Assembly: GCA_002748415.1 (NCBI GenBank)
Contig: PDSI01000248.1
Location: 35,567 to 99,566, forward strand
Source of the DNA: Micrococcales bacterium
Lineage (GTDB): Bacteria > Actinomycetota > Actinomycetes > Actinomycetales > CAWJMD01
DNA: 64,000 nt
Direction: 5' to 3'
Shown: positions 43,784-52,101 of the stretch, piece after piece
Layout: each line of letters begins with the position of its first letter
Numbering within the stretch: the first letter of the stretch is position 1
Program-made: the position numbers and the translations under genes
The notes under the pieces: model-generated
Seen by the model: only the letters and a program-made list of their open reading frames with translations
Told to the model about the DNA's origin: nothing
Database searches by the model: none

Positions 43784-45110
43784 ATGACGACGGTCGGGTC
43801 CTGATCTTCGACACGACGCTGCGCGACGGCGAGCAGTCGCCGGGCATCTCGCTCGGCACCGCCGAGAAGCTCGAGATCGCGCGGGAGCTCGCGCGCCTCG
43901 GCGTCGACTTCGTCGAGGCCGGGTTCCCGGTCGCCTCCCGACGCGACTTCGACGCTGTCAGGACGATCGCGCAGGAGCTTGACGACCCGGCTCCGCCGGT
44001 CGTGGCGGCGCTCGCACGTGCGTACAGCTCGGACGCGGAGGTCGCGTGGGGGGCGGTGCGCGATGCCGCCCGCCCGCGCATCCACACGTTCGTCTCGACG
44101 TCGGACATCCACATCGAGCACCAGCTGCGGTCCACCCGCGAGCAGGTCAAGGGCCAGGCTCGCGCGGCGGTGGCGCACTCGCTGGCTGTGCGAGGACGTG
44201 GAGTTCTCGCCGATGGACGCCACGCCCGCGGACGCGGAGTTCACGGCGGAGGTGATCGCGATCGCGCGGGAGGAGGGAGCGACCACCATCAGCGTGCCCG
44301 ACACGGTCGGCGACGCCACGCCGGACGAGTACCGGGCGCTGCTCGAGCGCTTCTACGAGCTCGCGCCGGCGCTGTGCAGCGTCACACTGAGCGTGCACTG
44401 CCACAACGACCTCGGTCTCGCGGTCGCGAACTCGTTCGCAGGGCTCCAGGCCGGGGCGCGGCAGGTGGAGTGCACCGTCAACGGCATAGGCGAGCGCGCG
44501 GGCAACGCGTCGCTCGAGGAACTTGTCATGCTGCTTCACACCCGCAGGGAACACGTCGGCCTGCACACGGGCGCCGTCACCGAGGAGATCGCACGGACCT
44601 CGCTCCTCGTGTCCCGCCTGACCGGCTACGCGGTCCGGCCGAATCAGGCCGTGGTCAAGCGCAACGTGTTCTCGCACGAGTCGGGCATCCACCAGAACGG
44701 CGTGCTCAAAGAGCGCACGACTTACGAGATCATGGACGCAGCCACGATCGGGCTCGACGAGCCGAACCGGATCGTGCTCGGCAAGCACTCGGGTCGTCAT
44801 GCGCTCAAGCAGGCGCTGGGCGAGCCCGGCTAACACGTAGACGGCGACGCGCTGCGCCAGGCGTTCGCCCGCTTCAAGGACATCGCCGACAAGAAGAAGC
44901 ACGTGACGGCGATGGATCTCGAGGGCTCTCCTCACCGACGACGTCCGCGACGCCGTCCCGGCCTACACCCGCGAGTGGTTCTCCGTCGACGCCAGCTCGC
45001 GGCGCCCGCCGAGGTCGCCGTCCGGACGCCGGAGGGGGACATCGTCCACGAGGCGTTCACCGGCGACGGCACGATCGACGCGATCTTTCGCGCAATCAAC
45101 GTCGCGACCT
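43784..45110 (+). pseudogene. leuA: 2-isopropylmalate synthase (LeuA/HMGL-like) pseudogene: multiple frameshifts, one in-frame stop, 3'-truncated
   Basis: Conserved LeuA peptides are spread over three frames: [19 protein letters not shown]...[15 protein letters not shown] (codon phase of 43801), then [12 protein letters not shown]...[13 protein letters not shown]...ESGIHQNG...GKHSGRHAL (phase of 44189). An in-frame TAA sits at 44831-44833 inside [21 protein letters not shown] and [32 protein letters not shown] follow in two further frame phases. The ATG at 43784 runs into a TGA at 43802. Confidence 0.7.
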
Positions 45111-45336
45111 GGCACACAACCCGTCGGCCCACTCGCGCAACGCCTCGAGGCGAACACGCGGTTCGCGCGCCTGCCCGAGGACACTATCGCCTCCCTGCTT
45201 GAGCACCACCATTTGTTCCTCGACGAGCCGGGCGTCGGACGCTGGATGCCCTCCCGGGCGACCTGCGAGTACGAGGTCGACGCGCTGGCCCATGCGGCTT
45301 CCGCCGTAAACGCCGGCCTGGACAGTCCCGTTTGCG

Positions 45337-46188
45337 ATGTCGCGCCGCCGCGCTAAGGTCGGCGTCGTGGCATGGCTCGACGTTAATGGGGTGCGCCTCT
45401 CGTACGAGATCACCGGCGAGGGGCCACCGGTGCTCCTCGTAATGGGATCCGGCGCCCGCGGCCGCATGTGGCACCTCCACCAGGTGCCCGCGCTTACTGC
45501 CGCCGGCTACCGCGTCGTCACCTTCGACAACCGCGGCATCCGGCCGACCACCGCGCCCCCGGGTCCGTACTCGGTCGCTGACTTCGTCGGCGACACCGCG
45601 GGGCTCATCGAGGGCCTCAGGCTCGGCCGCTGCCATGTCGCCGGCATGTCGCTCGGCGCGTTCGTCACGCAGGAGCTGGCGCTCGCCAGGCCCGATCTGG
45701 TCGCCTCCGCCACGATGATCGGGACCCGCGGGCGCACCGACTTCGCCCGCGAGATGTTCTCGCGCGGCATCATCGAGCTTCTCGACGCCGGCGTGCGACT
45801 GCCACCAGCGTTTGACGCGGCGATGCGGGCGCTGCAGTACCTATCGCCAGCGACGCTGGCCGACGATCGGCAGTCGCGGGATTGGGTCGAGCTGTTCGAG
45901 CTGTTCCCCTACGAGGGTGACGGCCTGCGCGACCAGATGGAGGCGACTCTCTTCGGCGATCGTCTCGCCGCCTTGCGCGGCGTCGAGGTCCCGTCGCTGG
46001 TCATCGCGTTCGAGCATGACGTGCTCACGACGCCTGCCCTCTGCCGCGAAGTCGCGGACGCGATCCCCGGCTGCCGCTACGAGGAGGTTGCGGAAGCCGG
46101 GCACTTCGGTCACGTGGAGCGCCCGGACGTGGTCAACGACCTGCTCGTGTCCTTTCTTGCGTCAGCCGGGTGGGCTTCTCAGCCCTGA
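45337..46188 (+). CDS. Alpha/beta-fold hydrolase
   Basis: PPVLLVMGSG, nucleophile elbow HVAGMSLGA, and a C-terminal EAGHFGHVERP histidine motif. An alternative GTG start lies at 45367. Confidence 0.8.
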   Translation: MSRRRAKVGVVAWLDVNGVRLSYEITGEGPPVLLVMGSGARGRMWHLHQVPALTAAGYRVVTFDNRGIRPTTAPPGPYSVADFVGDTAGLIEGLRLGRCHVAGMSLGAFVTQELALARPDLVASATMIGTRGRTDFAREMFSRGIIELLDAGVRLPPAFDAAMRALQYLSPATLADDRQSRDWVELFELFPYEGDGLRDQMEATLFGDRLAALRGVEVPSLVIAFEHDVLTTPALCREVADAIPGCRYEEVAEAGHFGHVERPDVVNDLLVSFLASAGWASQP

Positions 46189-46198
46189 TCCACCGAGG

Positions 46199-46243
46199 CT
46201 GATACGGATCAGAAGGTTTGGGGTTCGAATCCCTACGGGCGCG
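46199..46243 (+). tRNA. tRNA-Arg-like 3' fragment (pseudo-tRNA / candidate att-site remnant), not a functional gene
   Basis: T arm TGGGG-TTCGAAT-CCCTA (46219-46235). Acceptor 3' strand CGGGCGC plus discriminator G (46236-46243), resembling tRNA-Arg 3' ends. The upstream hairpin CTGAT-ACGG-ATCAG carries ACG but has only a 4-nt loop. No matching 5' acceptor strand or D arm lies upstream, and no CCA follows. Confidence 0.45.
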
Positions 46244-46252
46244 CTCTCTGCG

Positions 46253-46289
46253 ATGTCCCGAGACACCGTTGACAGGTGTCTCGGGACAT
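46253..46289. repeat. Perfect 15-bp-stem hairpin. Either the tRNA-associated terminator or terminal repeat structure of the adjacent IS481-like remnant
   Basis: ATGTCCCGAGACACC - GTTGACA - GGTGTCTCGGGACAT, followed by TGTTGTCAGG, which partly repeats the loop/stem junction GTTGACAGG. Confidence 0.6.
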
Positions 46290-46296
46290 TGTTGTC

Positions 46297-46419
46297 AGGT
46301 GGGGGCTGTTTGGGAGGGCCTGGTGGTCGGCCGAGGGGCTGGTAGTCCTTGGTCGGGTCGAGGGTCAGTTGCCGTAGGAGTTGGCCGGTGTCGGCGTCGA
46401 TGATGCGGACCTGTGGAGT
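46297..46419 (-). pseudogene. C-terminal remnant of an IS481-like (rve-type) transposase
   Basis: The minus-strand peptide TPQVRIIDADTGQLLRQLTLDPTKDYQPLGRPPGPPK resembles, from memory, the conserved C-terminal tail (..TGELLRELTLDPxRDYQP..) of actinobacterial IS481-family transposases. The upstream part is replaced by the IS3 element. Confidence 0.4.
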
Positions 46420-46478
46420 GCCCCCGCTAGCCCGGACACCTTGAGTGAGGCGACGATGGTCGCCCGAGAGGAGTCCGT

Positions 46479-46766
46479 ATGCCGGCACCGAGAAGTCCTG
46501 AGTTCCGTCGTCGAGCCGTGGAGCTGGCGCGGATGCGGGAGAAGCCGATCGCGCAGATCGCGAAGGATCTCGGCGCGGCCGAGTCCGGGCTGCGGCGGTG
46601 GATGAAGCAGGCCGATGTCGATGACGGCAAGGCCGAGGGCCTGACCAGCGACGAGCGTGCCGAGCTGGTGCGGCTGCGCCGGGAGAAGCGCACCTTGGAG
46701 ATGGAGGTGGAGATCCTCAAGCGTGCGTCTGCCTACTTCGCCCGGGAGAACGTCCTCCCAAAATGA
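46479..46766 (+). CDS. IS3-family transposase OrfA (HTH plus leucine-zipper-like region)
   Basis: MPAPRSPEFRRRAVELAR...IAQIAKDLGAAESGLRRWMKQ...LVRLRREKRTLEMEVEILKRASAYFA is typical of IS3 OrfA. Confidence 0.85.
   Translation: MPAPRSPEFRRRAVELARMREKPIAQIAKDLGAAESGLRRWMKQADVDDGKAEGLTSDERAELVRLRREKRTLEMEVEILKRASAYFARENVLPK
46757..46763 (+). promoter_or_regulatory. Candidate -1 programmed ribosomal frameshift heptamer C CCA AAA (orfA to orfB)
   Basis: An X XXY YYZ pattern in the orfA frame immediately before the orfA stop (46764-46766). The orfB frame is -1, with its ATG at 46763. Confidence 0.55.
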
Positions 46767-47431
46767 TCTACCCGGTGGTCTGTGAGCTCGCCGCTGACGG
46801 GGTGCCTGTCGCGGTGACTTGCCGGGTTCTGGAGGTCTCGACCTGGGGTTACTACGAGTGGACCAGCCGCCCGGCGAGCGACCTGGCGTGGGAACAGGCG
46901 CATCTGATGCAGGCCATCCGTGAGGTCCACGCCGCTTCCTACGGCACATATGGTCACCGGCGGGTGCACGCCGAGCTGGTGCTCGGCCAGGGCGTCCGGG
47001 TCAGCCACGGCCGGGTGGAGCGGCTGATGCGCCACTGCGGTCTGCAGGGTGTTCACCGGCGCCGGCTGCGTGGCTGCACCCGCCGCGACCAAGCCGCCAC
47101 ACCCTCGACCGACCTGGTGGAGCGCAACTTCACCCCCGCGGGACCGGACCGGCTCTACGTGGCCGACGTGACCCAGCACCGCACCAGCGAGGGCTGGCTG
47201 TACCTGGCGGTGGTCCTCGACTGCTTCAGCCGTCGGGTGGTGGGCTGGTCGATGGCCGAGCACATCCGTTCCGAGTTGGTCGTCGACGCGCTGCAGATGG
47301 CGATCTGGAACCGCCGGCCTGCGCCCGGGACCGTGCATCACAGCGATCACGGCTCGACCTACACCGCGACCGACACGACCACACGATGTACCCAGCTGGG
47401 GATTCGCCAGTCCATGGGCCGGGTCGGGTCT
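46763..47431 (+). pseudogene. IS3-family transposase OrfB, N-terminal two-thirds (DDE integrase core), interrupted by insertion
   Basis: LYVADVTQH (first D) and VHHSDHGSTYT (second D). The frame ends in ..QSMGRVGS and then runs into foreign sequence and a TAA. Confidence 0.8.
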
Positions 47432-47487
47432 CCCTCTTAACCGGCTAATGAGGACGTTTCCCGAGGTCAGCGACACGCCGGGCTGCT

Positions 47488-48648
47488 GTGGTTGACGGCT
47501 GTGGATGGGTCAGTGGGGCTACACCTGTGTCTGTGGGAACGAGCGGTGATCTTCGACTCGTCGAGCAGGGCGAGGGCTGGATGCTGGCCGGTGCCGACGC
47601 GGGTCGGTTCGTCGTGGTCGATGAGTACCTGGGGCACCTGGTCGACCGGAACTACTCACCCAAGACGGTGCGGGCCTACGGCTATGACCTGCTGAGCTTC
47701 TGCCGGTGGCTGGCCGAGGAAGAGATCGGCACAGAACTCGGCGACGATGCGGGCGGCCCACTGTGCGCCGTCGACGCCGATGTGCTGCTTCGGTTCCTGC
47801 GGGCCTGTCGGGACGCGACGGTGCCGGGACGGCCCGGGCCGAACGTGGTCGCGATGTCGGGGCGGCGGGTGGACCGGTACGCCCCGTCGACGATCAACCG
47901 GCGACTGGCGGCTATATCGGGACTTTTCGGCTTCCTCGCCCTGCGCGACCCCGGGTTGAAGAGTCCGGTGCCCAAGGGCAAGGAGGCCCGCTGGGTGGTT
48001 GCCGGTGAACGCACCGGGCTGCTTGCCCACACTCGGCGCCGGCTGGCGAAGCGGTCCTCACTGCGGCTGCGGGAGCCGCGGCGGCTGCCGGTCGCGTTGT
48101 CCCAGGCCGAGGCCGCCAAGCTGCTGGGCAGTATCAAGTCGTGGCGTGACCAGGCGATCGCGGGACTGATGCTGTACTGCGGGCTGCGTTCGGCCGAGGT
48201 CCTCGGCATGGACGTGACTGACGTCGACATCGGCGGAGGCTGGCTGCGGGTGATGGGCAAAGGCCAGCGCGAACGGCGGGTCCCGCTCGATGTCGACTTG
48301 GGGTCGGTGATCCAGGTCTACCTGCTCACCGAGCGCCCCGAGTCCGACTCGACCCGGCTGTTCTTGGTCGCCAAGGGCGCTCACCGCGGGCAGCCGCTGA
48401 CGCCGGCTGGGCTGCGCACGATCTTCCGCTACCACCGCGAGCTGACCGGTGTGTCCGCTGGGCACCCGCACACGCTGCGTCACACCTTCGGGACCGCGCT
48501 GGCCGAGGCCGGTGTGGACCTGGCGGTGATGCAGGCACTGCTCGGCCATGCGCACATCGACACCACTGCGCGCTACGTCCACCTGGCCCCGGCACATGTG
48601 AAGGCAGAGTTCGATGCCGCTCGCGCTCGCATCCGCGACCGATCCTGA
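47488..48648 (+). CDS. Tyrosine recombinase/integrase (TnpA-like)
   Basis: An N-terminal SAM-like core-binding region (NYSPKTVRAYGYDLLSFCRWL). Catalytic region GLRSAEVLG...HPHTLRHTFGTALAEAGVDLAVMQALLGHAHIDTTARYVHL (R, HxxR, Y). Confidence 0.85.
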   Translation: MVDGCGWVSGATPVSVGTSGDLRLVEQGEGWMLAGADAGRFVVVDEYLGHLVDRNYSPKTVRAYGYDLLSFCRWLAEEEIGTELGDDAGGPLCAVDADVLLRFLRACRDATVPGRPGPNVVAMSGRRVDRYAPSTINRRLAAISGLFGFLALRDPGLKSPVPKGKEARWVVAGERTGLLAHTRRRLAKRSSLRLREPRRLPVALSQAEAAKLLGSIKSWRDQAIAGLMLYCGLRSAEVLGMDVTDVDIGGGWLRVMGKGQRERRVPLDVDLGSVIQVYLLTERPESDSTRLFLVAKGAHRGQPLTPAGLRTIFRYHRELTGVSAGHPHTLRHTFGTALAEAGVDLAVMQALLGHAHIDTTARYVHLAPAHVKAEFDAARARIRDRS

Positions 48649-50584
48649 ACCACCGCCGCCTCCTTCGTCCGGCGACGCAGCGGGCAGTCCGGCGGGGCTG
48701 CTGGCGTCGTATCTGGCCTACCTGGCCGCGACGGGCCGCGGGAACGTGTCCTACACCAGGGCTGCGCGGCGGTTCTTCGAGCGGTGGCCCGATCCGGCGG
48801 CGTGGGCGGCCGAGCCGCTCGCGGTGCGGTCGGCGGCCGACAGCGCGACCCGGCCGATCATCACCTATCTGATGCTGTTCCAGAGCATGGCGCCGGGCTA
48901 CGACTTCTTGCTCGACCACAAGCTGTCGAGCATCTGGCGAGAGATCCGACGCTCGCCGTATGCGGCGAGCCTGGATCGGTTCATGGCCGCGGCCGCCGAG
49001 CTGGGGTTCACCGAGCGGGTCAGGTTCGCGACCGGATCCCAGGTCCCGATCCGGCTGCTGATCCAGACCGGTCGCCCGCTGGAGCAGCTCACGATCGCCG
49101 ACCTGGACGAGTTCGCGGCCGCCTGCCGGGACAGGGAGGAACGGACCGGGAAGGGCCACCACCACTACCGTGCCGCGCTGAGCAACGCCCAGCGGGTGCT
49201 CTACCACCTGGGTATCGTCGACCAACTGCCGCGCAGCGGCGGCCCGGTGCCGTTCGCCGAGCGGCTCGCCGGGGTCAGTCCGCCGATCCGGACCGCGCTG
49301 GTGGCCTATCTGGACCGCAAGATGGCCACCTGCCAGCCCAAGACGGTGTCCGGGTTGGCGACCCGTCTGAAGCACTTCGGCCTCTTCGTCACCGAGGTCG
49401 ATCCCGGACTGGCGTCGCTGGCGGAGCTGGAGCGCCGCCGGCATATCGAGCCCTACCTGGCATCGCTGCTGGACGCGGTCAGCGAGAAGACCGGGGAGCC
49501 GATCACCGTCGCCGACCGTGCCCGCCGGGTGATCGCGCTGGCGGGGTTCCTCACCGACATCACCGAGTGGGGATGGCCCGACGCCCCGGCCCGCAAGGTC
49601 ATCTTCCGTGACGACATCCCCAAGACCCCCCAGGTGCTGCCGCGCTACCTGCCCGTCGATGTCGACCGGCGCCTGACCCAGGCGTTGACCGAGCAGCCCA
49701 CCAACCAGCTGGCCGCCGCGGCGCTGCGGCTGCAACGCGCCTGCGGGCTGCGGATCGGGGAGCTGCTTGACCTGGAGCTCGACTGCGTCCACGAGGTCCC
49801 CGAGCACGGCCACTGGCTCAAGGTCCCGCTCGGCAAGCTCGACACCGAACGAATGGTGCCCATCGACGCCGAGATCCTCGAGCTGGTCGACCACATCACC
49901 ACCCTGCGGAGCCCGGGCCGCCCGTTGCCGCATCCACGTTACCGACGCCCGGCCCAGTTCCTGTTCACCTACCTGGGCCGGCGCCTGACCCAGCAGGGCG
50001 TCCGTGCCGAGCTCGACCGCGCCGCCACCGTTGCGGGGCTCGGGCACATCACCAGCCACCAACTGCGCCACACCTACGCCACCGCGCTGGTCAACGCCGG
50101 GGTGTCGCTGCAGGCGCTGATGGCGCTGCTGGGACATGCCTTAGCAGAGATGAGCCTGCGCTACGGGCGGCTGTTCGACGCCACCGTCCGCGCCGAGTAC
50201 GAACGCGCCCTGGACCTGGCCAAGCAGCAGGCCCGCACCCCCACACCGGGTCGGGCCGCGCTGCCGCTGGTCGACATCACCGGTGGCAGGGACTGGAAGG
50301 ACACCCCGCTGCTGAAGTCCCGGCTGGCCGGCGGGTTCTGCCTTCGTGCGCCCGCCCAGCAGGCCTGTGCCTACGCCAACATCTGCGAGCACTGCCCCAG
50401 CTTCCACACCGACGCCAGCTCGCTCCCGATCCTGGCCGCCCAACGCGTCGACGCCCAGGCACTGGCCCGTGACGCCGAGCAGCGCGGCTGGATCACCGAA
50501 GCCCAGCGCCATCAACGGCTTGTCGACCGGCTCGACCACCTCATCACCCACGCCGAGACCAGCACCCAGGAGCACGCCGGATGA
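48614..50584 (+). CDS. Tyrosine recombinase/integrase, large (TnpB-like)
   Basis: GLRIGELLDLE...SHQLRHTYATALVNAGVSLQALMALLGHALAEMSLRYGRL. It overlaps the upstream gene by 35 nt. Confidence 0.85.
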   Translation: MPLALASATDPEPPPPPSSGDAAGSPAGLLASYLAYLAATGRGNVSYTRAARRFFERWPDPAAWAAEPLAVRSAADSATRPIITYLMLFQSMAPGYDFLLDHKLSSIWREIRRSPYAASLDRFMAAAAELGFTERVRFATGSQVPIRLLIQTGRPLEQLTIADLDEFAAACRDREERTGKGHHHYRAALSNAQRVLYHLGIVDQLPRSGGPVPFAERLAGVSPPIRTALVAYLDRKMATCQPKTVSGLATRLKHFGLFVTEVDPGLASLAELERRRHIEPYLASLLDAVSEKTGEPITVADRARRVIALAGFLTDITEWGWPDAPARKVIFRDDIPKTPQVLPRYLPVDVDRRLTQALTEQPTNQLAAAALRLQRACGLRIGELLDLELDCVHEVPEHGHWLKVPLGKLDTERMVPIDAEILELVDHITTLRSPGRPLPHPRYRRPAQFLFTYLGRRLTQQGVRAELDRAATVAGLGHITSHQLRHTYATALVNAGVSLQALMALLGHALAEMSLRYGRLFDATVRAEYERALDLAKQQARTPTPGRAALPLVDITGGRDWKDTPLLKSRLAGGFCLRAPAQQACAYANICEHCPSFHTDASSLPILAAQRVDAQALARDAEQRGWITEAQRHQRLVDRLDHLITHAETSTQEHAG

Positions 50585-50871
50585 CCGTCAGCGACCTCAA
50601 CCGCGTCGAGCGCGCCTGCGCCGAGCTACGCCGTGACGGCCTTCAGGTCACCTTCACCGCCGTCGCTGCCGCCACCGGCACCGCCCGCAGCACCCTGTAC
50701 CGCAACGCCGCGATCCGTGCCGTGATCAACGAGCAGCGCCACCGCCACGCCACCGGCGGAACGCTCGCCGGGCTTACCGACGAGATCGCCACCCTACGCA
50801 CCGTCGTCGACGAGCTCGCAGCCCGCGTACGCAGCCACGAGGAACAGCTCCGCCGACTCACCCGAGACTGA
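50581..50871 (+). CDS. Small helix-rich protein, third gene of the recombinase trio (TnpC-like/DUF6262-like)
   Basis: ATGA overlap with the upstream stop. The 96-aa product has an HTH-like TFTAVAAATGTARSTLYRN segment followed by a coiled-coil-like tail. The assignment rests on position and size. Confidence 0.55.
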   Translation: MTVSDLNRVERACAELRRDGLQVTFTAVAAATGTARSTLYRNAAIRAVINEQRHRHATGGTLAGLTDEIATLRTVVDELAARVRSHEEQLRRLTRD

Positions 50872-50917
50872 CCGCGTTAACCGGCCAACAGACCGGCCGC
50901 ACCCGAAATTAGCCGGA

Positions 50918-51127
50918 TCATGCTTTGACAACGCCGTCGCCGAGAGCTTCTTCGCGACCCTGCAGACCGAGCTGCTGGACCGCTCGACTTGGCCGACCCG
51001 CGAGGGCCTGGCGAACGCCGTCTTCGCCTTCATCGAGGGCTTCTACAACCCTCGACGCCGGCACTCGACCATCGGCTACCTCAGCCCCGCCGACTACGAG
51101 GACCAGCACCGCGGCTCGGCTGGACCC
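50918..51127 (+). pseudogene. IS3 OrfB continuation (region carrying the DDE glutamate), interrupted again
   Basis: (S)CFDNAVAESFFATLQTELLDRSTWPTREGLANAVFAFIEGFYNPRRRHSTIGYLSPADYEDQH is the conserved C-terminal part of IS3 OrfB. It continues after the IS5 element from ~52099. Confidence 0.8.
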
Positions 51128-52101
51128 CTAAGAGGTCGCGCGGGTAGGTCATGGTCGGCGGTGGGGTCGGGTGTCCCAGCGGTGGGTGGTCCAGGCGGTT
51201 CGGATGAGTCTTCTGGTGATGATGATCGCGTTGGCCAGGGCGATGAAGGCGTCGATGACGCGGGTGCGTCGTTCGGTGCAGATGGCGAGCTTCTTGAAGC
51301 CTCGGGTGTGCCAGGCGTTGGTGCGTTCGATGACCCACCGTTGGCCGGCTTGCAGTGGGAAGCCTTTGCGGCTGATGACGGCCTGGCAGCCCAGCTCGGT
51401 GAGCAGGTCGCGGGTCCTGGTCGAGTCGTAGCCGGCGTCCAGGTGCACGGTGATGTGCTCGGGCAGGCCGGTTCCCAGGCCCTGGTCGAAGCGGGCCAGG
51501 TGCTCCAGGGTGGGCCGCAGCAGGGGCGACTCGTGCCGGTTCGCCGGGGCGACGACGCAGCCGATCGGGATCCCGAACGCGTCGGTCATGACGGAGCGTT
51601 TGGTGCCGAGCTTGCCTCTGTCGACCGGGGATCGGCCGGCTGCCTCGCCGCCGCAGGGGGCTTTGACGATGCACCCGTCGACGGTGATGTTGGTCAGGTC
51701 GAGCCCGACGACCTGGTCGTAGGCGGTCAGGCACAGCTGCTCGAGTCGGGCGAAGATCCCGGCGGTGATCCACTCATCGCGTCGGGTGCGGATCGTGGTG
51801 GCCGAGCACGTGCTGTCGGCGATCTTGGCGTAGGAGGCGCCGAGCACGAGGACCTGGACGAGCTTGTCGAACACGATCCGGTCGGGGATGCGTGGGTTGT
51901 GGCAGCCCAGCGGGTGGGTGTCGATGACCGGCGGGATCAGCGCTTGGAACTGGTCCCACAGGGGGTCAGTGATCCAAGATGGGACCGCGGGCACGGCGGA
52001 TCCTGGGTAGCAGCGTTTTTCTCACAAATCACACTGGTAACAGCCCCCCGTGCCCGCTCCGCCGGACCGCCACGCCGTCACCTACCCGCGCGACCTCTTA
52101 G
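51128..52101 (-). mobile_element. IS5-family insertion sequence (974 bp including a palindromic junction)
   Basis: Perfect 22-bp terminal inverted repeats: CTAAGAGGTCGCGCGGGTAGGT (51128-51149) and ACCTACCCGCGCGACCTCTTAG (52080-52101). The outer bases are compatible with a TA target duplication in a CTAG target. It has a single transposase ORF. Confidence 0.85.
51149..51994 (-). CDS. IS5-family DDE transposase (DUF4096 N-terminus)
   Basis: DPLWDQFQALIPP..., TVDGCIVKAP, HLDAGYDS and VIERTNAWHTRGFKKL (DDE plus the YREK-like region). The stop lies inside the terminal repeat. Confidence 0.9.
   Translation of the reverse strand: MPAVPSWITDPLWDQFQALIPPVIDTHPLGCHNPRIPDRIVFDKLVQVLVLGASYAKIADSTCSATTIRTRRDEWITAGIFARLEQLCLTAYDQVVGLDLTNITVDGCIVKAPCGGEAAGRSPVDRGKLGTKRSVMTDAFGIPIGCVVAPANRHESPLLRPTLEHLARFDQGLGTGLPEHITVHLDAGYDSTRTRDLLTELGCQAVISRKGFPLQAGQRWVIERTNAWHTRGFKKLAICTERRTRVIDAFIALANAIIITRRLIRTAWTTHRWDTRPHRRP

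Larger units (their letters stand above)
47432..50919 (+). mobile_element. Tn554-like element (two tyrosine recombinases plus a small third gene, no cargo) inserted in IS3 orfB
   Basis: It splits the IS3 OrfB peptide ..MGRVGS | CFDNAVAESFF... Three overlapping co-directional genes of 386, 656 and 96 aa match the TnpA/TnpB/TnpC layout. Subterminal 9-bp inverted repeat: CCGGCTAAT (47441-47449) and ATTAGCCGG (50908-50916). Confidence 0.7.

Noticed and set aside
46173-46243. A complete tRNA gene
   Set aside because: Only the T arm and the 3' acceptor strand fold canonically. The anticodon-like hairpin has a 4-nt loop, and no complementary 5' acceptor strand (GCGCCCG) or D arm lies upstream. The upstream bases belong to the hydrolase gene's 3' end.
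46162-46488. The 108-aa minus-strand ORF as an intact gene
   Set aside because: It is a composite. Part of it is antisense to the tRNA fragment and hairpin (..GIRTPNLLIR..). Only residues ~24-64 resemble a transposase tail.
48326-50137. The 603-aa minus-strand ORF, and likewise 51161-52114(+) and 61950-63686(-)
   Set aside because: They are antisense to well-supported recombinase or transposase genes and have low-complexity translations.
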